This document shows, one piece after another, positions 15,856-25,412 of a DNA stretch of 32,991 bases. Origin of the DNA: Candidatus Altiarchaeales archaeon. Its GTDB lineage: Archaea > Altiarchaeota > Altiarchaeia > IMC4 > SCGC-AAA252-I15. Where the stretch lies: NCBI GenBank assembly GCA_014729705.1, contig WJJK01000031.1, positions 1 through 32,991 on the forward strand, given 5' to 3'. The position numbers and the translations under genes are program-made. A model generated the notes under the pieces. The model searched no databases. It was not told where the DNA came from and saw only the letters and a program-made list of their open reading frames with translations. Positions within the stretch are counted from its first letter, which is position 1. Each line of letters opens with the position of its first letter.

Positions 15856-18800
15856 ATGTCATCTGAGATTTTCAACCTCAATTCGCTTCCTACAAACGAC
15901 ACGGTATCTCGTGGGGCTCGTGTAGGACAGAAGAATGCTAGAACGACTAAGACCGTTTCTGTAGGCCCCGAAGACAACGTAAAAACGGGGGAGCAAAATG
16001 TCAATGCTGATTACCTCGTTGAGTCTTCTCTCATAGGAAATGATCTTAAAGGTTATGGTACGTTCACACCGGAGAGTCCCGTTGTTACAGGGTACACAGG
16101 TCCTGTAGACCTGAACAATGGTGATGTGATCCGTGCCTCAGGGGACACTACGTTCTATACGGTTACAGGTTTAGACGGGACTAACCTGTATGTGGCCTCT
16201 AAGTATCAGGGAGAAACAAGCGTATCCGGGGTCTGTACTATACGTAAGACTAAGCTGGATAGTGCTAAGTATATAAGAGCTAAGGGTGTCGGTTCTTCCA
16301 CAGTTGTTGTATATGACAAGAATAAGAATGAGTGGTCAGTAACTGGATCAGAGGGTGTGACAGGTCCTTTTGTAGCTCCTACAGGAGAAACTGGTCTTGA
16401 TACGGGGATGTCTATAGAGTTCCTGCCGGGTGCGTCTCAGGCACAGCCTGATTTGATGACTGTAGATACGGTCTATAAGACCCTTGTTAAAAACAACAGC
16501 AATGAAATAACGGATCTCGGTCTGAGCCCTATTCCTTACCCTCATGAGACGCTGAAGGTTTATTGGGGATCCACAGATGGAACTTTAGAGGAAAAGACAG
16601 AGTTCATACCAGGGTCGGGTAGTTTCGCAGGGGATTATATTGTCAACTACTCTCAGAATCCTACTCTTCAGTGGCCTAGACCCCCACTTTCTGAGCGTCA
16701 GGTAGCCTACATTAAATTCTTAGGTGACCTGGAGGATGAGGTTCAAGTTGAGGCTATAGATGCTACATTCCAGGGGGGATTCCCTGTAACAAAAGCATCA
16801 GAAGAAGCTGATGCTCCGAACGTCTCGGTTAGAGATATTATACCAGATTCAGATAGCGTGAAGGTTGGCGGTACTGCACTCACGCGCAACAGCGAGTATC
16901 TCATCAATACCGCTGCCGGTATCGTCAACCTTATCACGCACCAGTATCAGGAAGAGCTTGTAGATACAGTTTCTTATCCTAAACGTCTTATGTGGGACGG
17001 CGTGAGCGTGATCCGCGGTGTAGGCAAAAACGATCTCACGAATCCGGACACTGTAAACAATGAAAACCTAGTTATCTCAGGTGTCACAGGGCTACAGGGC
17101 ATTACGGGTGTCGTCTATTTCGAGGACACAGATGACAACAACCTAATACGTGAGACAGACTACTCCCTCGAGTATACATCAGGTGCGATACGGCTTACTC
17201 AACCAATTCAGGAAGATGAAGCTGTGTTGGTATCATACTATGTCGAAGGGGAGGATGAAGAAAAAGAAAAGGTGGCGTCTAATTATCTGCGTACGAGCAG
17301 ATATCCTGTTTTACGTGATTCGGTCGTAATGACAAAGCGCCAGGACACGACACAGAGTGCGGGTGTCACAGTCATGATCGAAGGTCAAGATTTTGACATC
17401 TCTTACCTCACAGGATGGATTACGATTTACGATACAGACCTTCTTTCTGAGGAAGACTTCCAGGTTGAAGTGTCGTATACACCGATGTCTCCCATAAACT
17501 GTATCCTACAACAAAACCCTAATGATGATACCTTCTATAGGATGACTATTGTAGACGATCATCTTAAGATAGTGGGTGACCCTAGCACATTTGTATATGA
17601 AGTTGAGAACCCGATTGCTTCAGTGCTCCAGACAGATTATTTCAAAAAGCCCACCGATCCGGATCGTTATTCTTATAATGGTTCGTTAGCGGATAGTGAC
17701 TTTTTGTATATAAGAAACGGTACCGACCCTCTGAAAACCTTGGATACTGCAGGCTATACATATGAGGATGATAAGAGACAAATAACTCTTGACGTGGCTG
17801 TCAACGATAATATCCCTACGGACACAGACGACATACTGGCTACGTACAATGTAGTATCGGATGTTCTCCCGTACGCTCCTTTACAGCCTATTTTTCCTGT
17901 TATCAGTGAAGGCGGTAACAGTATTGTCATTGAGGGATTTGATAGGACAGACCTTCTTAAACCAAATAAGCTTCTTCGTATAGATAACTTCGACCCGGTC
18001 GCCACATATTACTTCCGTATCAAATCTGTAGTGTATGCTAATGGCAATACAACGGTCACTTTTTATGGGACTTTTCCAGAAGATATAAGGATCCCTACGT
18101 TTTACACGTTTGATGATTTCGTGTCTTGGGAAGAGATACCAGAAGCTACAGAGGTAAACAGGAGCGCGCTTAAGGGATCTACGTCACTCCAGTTCCGTGG
18201 GGTGACCTTAGAGTTTCTAGAACTTGTTCGGACAGATGGTCTGCTTTTAGTTAATGGTACCGATGTATACACAGTGACGTCGGTGGAGCAGAGTGGCACA
18301 GAGGCTACGGTCAATATCTTCCCGAAGCTTCTGGGGCCAGTCACTGGAGATGTATATGCCTCAGATCTTCCCGTTGTGGCTGAGGGGGAGGCTACACTTC
18401 AGCCGATGCACCATGTGATAGATGACCCCGAACAGCCTGCTTTTACCATATGGTATCAACCTCCAACGGACGCACAAGGCACAGTCTTGTTCGAGGGGTC
18501 AGCAAATATCCTTATTACAGAGGATAGCTTGGTCCTGTATGAATCTATAGAGGGTATCTCTAATCCTTCGCCTTATGTATACACTCTTTCTTCTTATGGA
18601 TCTATACGAGCGTTGGTAGATGCGATTAAGGCTACAAAGTCTACGTTCGCACAGCACGTTGATGTGCTTCCGAATGTTCCTGAGTACTACCCCTTCACGA
18701 CACTACCAAGCCACGTTGCAGAGGAGTTGTATTTCTTGCCTAATGGTGCTTGGAGCTCGACGCTCATCATACCTTTTGAGGAAGGCGCTTTACAGCAGGC

Positions 18801-21800
18801 TCCGTATACAGTTACGATAGCACCTGAGCTGAAGCGGAGAACTATCCTCGAGGCAGTGAAGGATAGCTCTTCTTTCGATGTTCCTGAGATAGACCGTACG
18901 TCTCTGTTTGGGTCTGGGGATTTCCTGTACTTCTTGGACCAGATAGAAGGGACACGTTACTTCTTTGAGGTGGTAAGCTCTAATTTGGTACCCACGGACA
19001 ACCCGGAAGACACGCGCGTCTTTTTGTCTGATACCTTTAGGGAGAATCTTCTTGATCCTCGTCTGTTCAGAGGTACCGGAGTTTCTTGGCAGAACGTTGA
19101 GGACCAGATGCTCAGCGTGGATTATACCAATTCTACGGTGACCTTCTCCGGTACCAGCACGTCCATCGCTTCTGGGATCCTTCTTAAGTTCTCAGATATG
19201 TATGTGTACAACGTCGACGAGGTAACTCAGGGCACTGCAGACTACACACTTAAATTGGCCCCTGCGATATCCTCGAATGTTACCGTGCAGAATTTTGAGG
19301 GATACGTACAGCGTACTGCACAGGGTATTGCGTGGACAGAACTTTCTAATTTAAATGAGACACGCTTGGTACAGGACTCAGACTATGGTATAGTTACGGG
19401 GGGTATAACACTTACGAGGCCTGTACAGCGCCTCGAACGTTTCCGCTTGAGTTACATGGGAATTGATACACATGCTGAGGATGAAGGAAAAGCTGTCACA
19501 TGCACCTGTAAGTACTTCACATCTCTCAGCGCTAACTCACAAGTAGATGTGTACTTGGATTACCTGAATATTGACCAGTTCTATCTTCAGAAACTTACGG
19601 AAGAGCGCTTCCTGGAGATTGTAACCGTTCCTCAGATGGAGCAGATCCTACAACAGAAGGGTGGCTCTGGGGGACAATCCGCGGACACAGGAGCCACGGA
19701 TGATTCAATCCCTGCGTATGAGGGAGGACTTGCCGACAAGTACTATCGTCTTCGTGATGAGAAGATTAAGATGCAGCTTTATCTACGCATCTACAAGTGG
19801 TATAAAGCCAGGCTTCGTAGCTTTGCGTCAGAGTTGCAGCTTACGATGGGATTTCAGTTAGGTAACAGCAACTCAGTAGGTACGCGAAACGGGCACTACA
19901 CACTTCAAGACGCATATGTAGAGAACGGTGATTACACACTCACGACAGACTCAGATATCCAACAGATACAGAACGGTTTTTCTAAGTTCTTCCCGGTAGG
20001 ATATGAGGGTACTGCTCCTTTGTACTATGACAGGTTCTCCAACGAGTACAGGACCTACAACGAGGTTTTCTGTTACAACCTAAATTACTATGATGAGTCC
20101 GGAAACTTTTTACGTAGCGAGGGTCGCGCGAAGTCGGTAAACCCGTATTGGGTTCAAAATCTTGACTATACAATTTTAAACAATACGAGTGATAATCTGG
20201 TCGCTTATTATGAGCGTGAGATCCCATCAGATGACCGCACATTCAGTGCTGATGATACGGCTTATAGCTGGCTCCGCAGGATATCTACAGGAGACACTTT
20301 CGAGATAGAAGGGTATAAGGACTCACACACAATAGGTTCTTTTAGCTCTGGTACGGATAAGGTAAGCCAAAAACCTTATGATGCTATCGTTTTGGCTGAA
20401 AATACTACTTTCTCAGAGAAGGGCATCCGGTCATTTAATATCACGGTTAGATCCGGTGTGCCGTACTACGTAACGGATGAGGGGTCCGTCACGCTCTCAG
20501 ATCTAGAAGCTGCATTAAGCGGAGAGGGCTATAATATCATTGTCAAGCGCCAGCAGGTGGAACCCTTCCCAATGTATGATGATGAGTTCAGCTATGGGCG
20601 TAAGCTCGAGGGCGGGGCTGTAGACGGACATGTGCGGGATAAAGATCGCATAAAGAAATTCTCTCTCGCCGCTCTTCTTACTATTCTCTTCGGGGTACCT
20701 GCTGTAAAGAGGCATAAATATGTTACAGTTCAGGTCGGGAGATATGACGAGAACTCTTTGGCGTTTACTACTGTGGAAAACATAAGTGTGGACCTGTCTG
20801 AGTTGAATTTCTTCCAGGAGCGTAAGGTTTCTACAACCGAGGATGCCCTTTACGAGAACTATCGAGATGAACCAAATGACTCTCTTAAGGGATTTGATAA
20901 GTATTTCTATTTGTCGTTCGAGAAGATCTATGATGAGAAGGAACGCCGTGGGTATCGTGAAGGTTTTGTCCTACGTACGAAAGACCGTAATCTTTGGTTC
21001 CGGTTTGTATTGGGCGGCTCTACACAGGTAGCTGATGAGTATGGTTTCACCACAAGTGAAGTTTATAAGAACTTCTACTATCCGGATAACATGTACCGTT
21101 ATCTCCTCCTTGAGAAACAGGCGTGGGAAATTGAGGAGATGATCATACGGGATATCTACGATTACAACGATAAGATCGCGCGAGCCTTCAACGAGGGTCA
21201 GATCAATCTTGCATATATTAGCAAGTTCAAGGGATACCTGGCGCAGTACATAGACGGAGAACCCGCCGGTATCTCAGAATGGATAGCTTCTCGCATATCT
21301 AAGTATGCTCCTCACTTGGCGTTTTTCCTTGGGGCATATACTTCAGATGGAGACGCGGGACCTCTCAATGGTATTCTTAAGCCTGATGGATTGCATGATG
21401 AAGATAGTGCCTCGGCAGCTATTGCTCAAACTTTTAAGGATACAACCGATGCCAAGGAGGATTACACTAACTTCTATGCTAAGTACCAGACTTTCTCGGG
21501 TCTAAACCACATTAATAATCAGGACTGGAAGTATGATTATATAAGATGGGTTTTGTCTCTAGAAGAAGGCCTAATGTATCAGAAGGATGCTCGTGTTTTG
21601 TACGACGAATCCGGGCAGATAAAGATGGGTTTGCGAGAGCTCCAGGCTCTGAGATTTAGAAAATCTCCAAACACTACATATACCTTCTCCAATACTTCAT
21701 ACACGGTAACGTCCACGGCGCTCAGCATAACCACTACGGTGGGTTTTGGAGGGTCTGAATCTTCAACACTTACATACTCCTATAATCTTCTTTCTAAAGG

Positions 21801-24800
21801 ACAGTATAAGACTCTAGATACGCTCGTTGGAGAAATTAATTCCCAGAAGTTAAGAGGGGTAAATATCTTCCAAGCCGAGGTTCTGTTTGATCATTATCCT
21901 TATGGTTCTCAGACTACTGAAAATCTTCTCCAAGGGACATGGAGTGCGAATTTATCTACATGGGCGACCTCCTTACTAACGAATGTTGCTGACCACCGTG
22001 TAGCTGACCCAAGGATTCTTTTCCTCAATAAGTTTCTTGAAGATTCTGTACCGCTGGATCATGTACGTCTTGAGGATCGTGAAGGAACTCTCTCTGGTGT
22101 CACAGGAATGGCTCCTTCTGAGAATCCCTTAGGAGTGTGGCCTATATATACCTCTAATGGGAACCCTAATAAAGAACCTATTGAAGGTTTGCCCGTAGCC
22201 GGTGAGTGGGAAACTCTAGAGGACAATGTCTTTGATGTCATACAGATACGCTCTATAGGGGCTCCGTGGACACTATCTTTTTCGGATATGGAGGATGGAG
22301 ACTTTAAAGATTATATGGGACCTCCTTCAATTTTAAAGAAAATTGATGATGAGGGCGCTATCTCTAGCGTAGAGTTGTCCCAGCTTCGCTCTTCTGTAGT
22401 TTCTAACCAACCCCAGGTGACTATACTTAAGAAGTTAGTACTAACTAGGCGTGGTGTTCAAGACACAGTGGTTGAGTATAATCTCCGTCAATACTCTACT
22501 ATAAATAAGCTTGTGGAAGCTATTAACGCTACCAGGTTTAATAAAGACGGTATTGTTGACCCCGAGGGAGATAGGCAGTACTTTGAGGCCCGTCTTGTAG
22601 GTGACAAAGATTTACAGGGTGAGGTAAATAGTTATGAACTTATGGCTGAATACGAGCAAATACGTAAGTCCTTTAGGGTCTACAGTAATGAGTACGAACA
22701 GGTAACTCGTTATTCTTTTACCCCCTCAGCCGGTCCAGTTATCTCTAACAATCCTTTGACTAATGTATTTGATTTAGAGACTGATATTAATAGCTCTGTG
22801 ATACGCGGTACGGATGACACACAGCTTTATAGTGCGGATTTGATCCAGAATGGATCAACGTTGAAACTTCAGCCTACACAGGGATATTTCCCAACGGGAG
22901 CATCTGATAGTGTGACCCTTGAGATTGATGGCTCTGTAGTAGGGGCAACGGGTGCCTTAGAATCTATCGAGCTGTCAGTACCAAATCCAGGGAGTCTCAC
23001 AGGAGATTATCAGATACAGGAGTCAACGTATGAGATACCTGAGACGCAAGATGAACTCATTCTATCGTCTAAGATAAGGTACTTTAGTGATAGCTTGGCT
23101 AAGACATCGGGGGCATCTTCTCAGCTCAATGATTATGTAGTGGGGTGGCAATTAGCTGAGGATCCAAATGAAACAGGGGGCTCGGTCACTCTTCGAGCGC
23201 CACGGAATCGGTATAGCCTGTACTCTACGCATAACTTCAATATAGAGGGACCAGAAGCCGCTTATCAGACCACACTGAGTAGCTTCCCGCTTGGACTACG
23301 CAAAGACATCCTGGCGTTTGATATCTATTGCTGGGATGATAAGAATCCAAGCGGTGAGAGATACTATGAGGTAAGGGACAATTGGATCTATTTCGTAAGT
23401 GCTAATGTGAAAAACCACGGTATCCCTCTTGCGGGATCGGGCCATCCTAATGCCCCCTATAATGAGAGCTTGGCAGATCTTTTAAGGAGAATAAACACAG
23501 ACCAAATCGTCAATAAGTATTTCTATGCAAATTTGAAGTTCACTCGTGAAAGCAAGCGGGACCCAGGATATTTCGAGTATACATACCTCCCGAACTTCAA
23601 GAAGGATGTACCAAAATCAACCCTGGATACGCTCTATTTGAGACAGGACGCTGCCTTAACGTTAAGGGATACGGAAGACGCAACGTATCGGATTAATCCT
23701 AATGGGGCTTTTGATCCGTCCAATACCGCTACGACGTACACGTCATCTAGCTTGGATATCAGGTCTGAGGTAAGAGTAATTTCTGTGTCTCCTGGAAACG
23801 GATATACATTTTCAGCATCGTCGTTTGTAGTCAATGATGGAGCAGACACACTATCGCTTTCTGCGACGTGGAAGTACAATTATAGTTATACGAAGACCTT
23901 CCTTTTCAGTGATGCGTCCACGGATTCTATATCAGAGCTTGTTAACGCTATCAACGCAGAAACCGTACCTGTAGACGGTACGCAGCTTTTTGACGCTGTT
24001 CTTCTTAACGATGATGATAGTGATGAGCTCTTGGCGACAAGCGGTAACTTGAATACTAGTTATGTAACGCTAACTAAAACAGGTTCTGTGAATGCTCTTA
24101 AGATAAAGATGAATACTACAGGAGGGGCCGGGTATACCGTACTGTCTCCTACTTACAGCATAAGAACACAGAGGGATAGGCTTATACTTAGGTGCACCAT
24201 CCAGTACAATGGGACGTACAATCCCCCAGCATACAACATTAGCTCGGGCAAGTACACACTTCTGTCTCTTACAGAGTCAATATCTAATTTGAAGCCTGTA
24301 TCTGACCCCATATTCACAGGGATATTCGATGCGAAAGTCTTTAACCTAGAATATGCTCTAGATGATGCATCGGAATTGTTGGATGTAAATACTTCTATCA
24401 CGGGGACTGTCTACGCAAAGTTTTTGGCTACGCATAGCTATGATTTGATTGGATATAGCTTATCATCTGTTGCTGCACTTATTAATGAAGACACTGTTGA
24501 GTCGGGCGTGACAGCCACATATGTCTCAGCTTACGGGACATATGAGGCGGGTTATTTACGTCCACAGCCTACGTACACAGCGATACCCACAGCAGTGACA
24601 GTGGACATGGATTTGAGAGAGGTACGGGGCGTGCGCCTTTTGAATATGGATAATCCGGGCATTATAACTGTAGAAGAGCTACAGCTGATAATCAACTCAT
24701 ATGAAAACTACAGAGTAGACCTTCCTGATTTGAGTACAAGTCTATCAGACTGGGTTGACTCCGTTAAGGGAGACACGCAAACTGGGATGCTGTCGGTAAC

Positions 24801-25275
24801 TGTCCTTCCTATGTCAGTGGAGAGTTCTCCATACGGGTTGATTGATGAGATAAGCGCGCAGTCACTTAGTACTAATGAACCGGCACATGTGTATTTCGGG
24901 GTGATGGGAGACATACGCTTCGTACAGATATCCGACTACAACCTGTATACGCAGATCAATTACATAAAAGAGCGTCTTGCTAAACCGTGGAAGAACTCTG
25001 AGGGGAAGGTGGTCCCAGACTATTATACCCCCGAGCAGTACAACACGAATAATCCGTACGCGATAGATGATGAGAACTTCCTGAATTGGCTCCGAAGTAC
25101 GCGTTACGGGCAGATTCGCAACAGCGTTATAAATGAGGCAACCGTTGCGAACATGTACTTCTGGCTGTATTTGAAGTTCCATAAGGAGTTTGGATGCGAC
25201 CAACAGAAGAAACTTCTCGAGGATCAAATCGAGAGGGACGAGAACGATCAAAAGATAATCGGACAGGCCACGTAG
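15856..25275 (+). CDS. Giant multi-repeat virion structural protein (3139 aa); probable baseplate wedge, scaffold or fibre-like component
   Basis: 9.4-kb stop-free ORF with SD GAGGA (15847-15851). Acidic, S/T/Y/V-rich beta-type composition with at least three repeat families (see findings). Embedded in the baseplate operon. Confidence 0.75.
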   Translation: MSSEIFNLNSLPTNDTVSRGARVGQKNARTTKTVSVGPEDNVKTGEQNVNADYLVESSLIGNDLKGYGTFTPESPVVTGYTGPVDLNNGDVIRASGDTTFYTVTGLDGTNLYVASKYQGETSVSGVCTIRKTKLDSAKYIRAKGVGSSTVVVYDKNKNEWSVTGSEGVTGPFVAPTGETGLDTGMSIEFLPGASQAQPDLMTVDTVYKTLVKNNSNEITDLGLSPIPYPHETLKVYWGSTDGTLEEKTEFIPGSGSFAGDYIVNYSQNPTLQWPRPPLSERQVAYIKFLGDLEDEVQVEAIDATFQGGFPVTKASEEADAPNVSVRDIIPDSDSVKVGGTALTRNSEYLINTAAGIVNLITHQYQEELVDTVSYPKRLMWDGVSVIRGVGKNDLTNPDTVNNENLVISGVTGLQGITGVVYFEDTDDNNLIRETDYSLEYTSGAIRLTQPIQEDEAVLVSYYVEGEDEEKEKVASNYLRTSRYPVLRDSVVMTKRQDTTQSAGVTVMIEGQDFDISYLTGWITIYDTDLLSEEDFQVEVSYTPMSPINCILQQNPNDDTFYRMTIVDDHLKIVGDPSTFVYEVENPIASVLQTDYFKKPTDPDRYSYNGSLADSDFLYIRNGTDPLKTLDTAGYTYEDDKRQITLDVAVNDNIPTDTDDILATYNVVSDVLPYAPLQPIFPVISEGGNSIVIEGFDRTDLLKPNKLLRIDNFDPVATYYFRIKSVVYANGNTTVTFYGTFPEDIRIPTFYTFDDFVSWEEIPEATEVNRSALKGSTSLQFRGVTLEFLELVRTDGLLLVNGTDVYTVTSVEQSGTEATVNIFPKLLGPVTGDVYASDLPVVAEGEATLQPMHHVIDDPEQPAFTIWYQPPTDAQGTVLFEGSANILITEDSLVLYESIEGISNPSPYVYTLSSYGSIRALVDAIKATKSTFAQHVDVLPNVPEYYPFTTLPSHVAEELYFLPNGAWSSTLIIPFEEGALQQAPYTVTIAPELKRRTILEAVKDSSSFDVPEIDRTSLFGSGDFLYFLDQIEGTRYFFEVVSSNLVPTDNPEDTRVFLSDTFRENLLDPRLFRGTGVSWQNVEDQMLSVDYTNSTVTFSGTSTSIASGILLKFSDMYVYNVDEVTQGTADYTLKLAPAISSNVTVQNFEGYVQRTAQGIAWTELSNLNETRLVQDSDYGIVTGGITLTRPVQRLERFRLSYMGIDTHAEDEGKAVTCTCKYFTSLSANSQVDVYLDYLNIDQFYLQKLTEERFLEIVTVPQMEQILQQKGGSGGQSADTGATDDSIPAYEGGLADKYYRLRDEKIKMQLYLRIYKWYKARLRSFASELQLTMGFQLGNSNSVGTRNGHYTLQDAYVENGDYTLTTDSDIQQIQNGFSKFFPVGYEGTAPLYYDRFSNEYRTYNEVFCYNLNYYDESGNFLRSEGRAKSVNPYWVQNLDYTILNNTSDNLVAYYEREIPSDDRTFSADDTAYSWLRRISTGDTFEIEGYKDSHTIGSFSSGTDKVSQKPYDAIVLAENTTFSEKGIRSFNITVRSGVPYYVTDEGSVTLSDLEAALSGEGYNIIVKRQQVEPFPMYDDEFSYGRKLEGGAVDGHVRDKDRIKKFSLAALLTILFGVPAVKRHKYVTVQVGRYDENSLAFTTVENISVDLSELNFFQERKVSTTEDALYENYRDEPNDSLKGFDKYFYLSFEKIYDEKERRGYREGFVLRTKDRNLWFRFVLGGSTQVADEYGFTTSEVYKNFYYPDNMYRYLLLEKQAWEIEEMIIRDIYDYNDKIARAFNEGQINLAYISKFKGYLAQYIDGEPAGISEWIASRISKYAPHLAFFLGAYTSDGDAGPLNGILKPDGLHDEDSASAAIAQTFKDTTDAKEDYTNFYAKYQTFSGLNHINNQDWKYDYIRWVLSLEEGLMYQKDARVLYDESGQIKMGLRELQALRFRKSPNTTYTFSNTSYTVTSTALSITTTVGFGGSESSTLTYSYNLLSKGQYKTLDTLVGEINSQKLRGVNIFQAEVLFDHYPYGSQTTENLLQGTWSANLSTWATSLLTNVADHRVADPRILFLNKFLEDSVPLDHVRLEDREGTLSGVTGMAPSENPLGVWPIYTSNGNPNKEPIEGLPVAGEWETLEDNVFDVIQIRSIGAPWTLSFSDMEDGDFKDYMGPPSILKKIDDEGAISSVELSQLRSSVVSNQPQVTILKKLVLTRRGVQDTVVEYNLRQYSTINKLVEAINATRFNKDGIVDPEGDRQYFEARLVGDKDLQGEVNSYELMAEYEQIRKSFRVYSNEYEQVTRYSFTPSAGPVISNNPLTNVFDLETDINSSVIRGTDDTQLYSADLIQNGSTLKLQPTQGYFPTGASDSVTLEIDGSVVGATGALESIELSVPNPGSLTGDYQIQESTYEIPETQDELILSSKIRYFSDSLAKTSGASSQLNDYVVGWQLAEDPNETGGSVTLRAPRNRYSLYSTHNFNIEGPEAAYQTTLSSFPLGLRKDILAFDIYCWDDKNPSGERYYEVRDNWIYFVSANVKNHGIPLAGSGHPNAPYNESLADLLRRINTDQIVNKYFYANLKFTRESKRDPGYFEYTYLPNFKKDVPKSTLDTLYLRQDAALTLRDTEDATYRINPNGAFDPSNTATTYTSSSLDIRSEVRVISVSPGNGYTFSASSFVVNDGADTLSLSATWKYNYSYTKTFLFSDASTDSISELVNAINAETVPVDGTQLFDAVLLNDDDSDELLATSGNLNTSYVTLTKTGSVNALKIKMNTTGGAGYTVLSPTYSIRTQRDRLILRCTIQYNGTYNPPAYNISSGKYTLLSLTESISNLKPVSDPIFTGIFDAKVFNLEYALDDASELLDVNTSITGTVYAKFLATHSYDLIGYSLSSVAALINEDTVESGVTATYVSAYGTYEAGYLRPQPTYTAIPTAVTVDMDLREVRGVRLLNMDNPGIITVEELQLIINSYENYRVDLPDLSTSLSDWVDSVKGDTQTGMLSVTVLPMSVESSPYGLIDEISAQSLSTNEPAHVYFGVMGDIRFVQISDYNLYTQINYIKERLAKPWKNSEGKVVPDYYTPEQYNTNNPYAIDDENFLNWLRSTRYGQIRNSVINEATVANMYFWLYLKFHKEFGCDQQKKLLEDQIERDENDQKIIGQAT

Positions 25276-25412
25276 CAAAGATTAGGGTCGTTAGAGCAGG
25301 GTCGGGTAATAGCGAGCTTAAAGGACATCTAAAGGCTCTTATGTATCATATGGAGAGGCTGTTGAAGGTTGAAATGAAAGAGGCTACTCGTCGCATAAAG
25401 AGGAAGCTATAA
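25194..25412 (+). CDS. Small basic hypothetical protein (up to 72 aa)
   Basis: TAAGGAG (25182-25188) lies 5 nt before ATG25194. Its stop overlaps the next start (TAATG at 25410-25414) and it fills an otherwise empty 136-nt gap. The start is uncertain because of the 82-nt overlap with the giant gene. Confidence 0.55.
   Translation: MRPTEETSRGSNREGRERSKDNRTGHVAKIRVVRAGSGNSELKGHLKALMYHMERLLKVEMKEATRRIKRKL

Noticed and set aside
16330-17115. G-x-T triplets (VTGSEGVTGP, PTGETG, SGVTGLQGITG) as a collagen-like domain
   Set aside because: At most three or four consecutive Gly-X-Y triplets, too short for a triple helix.
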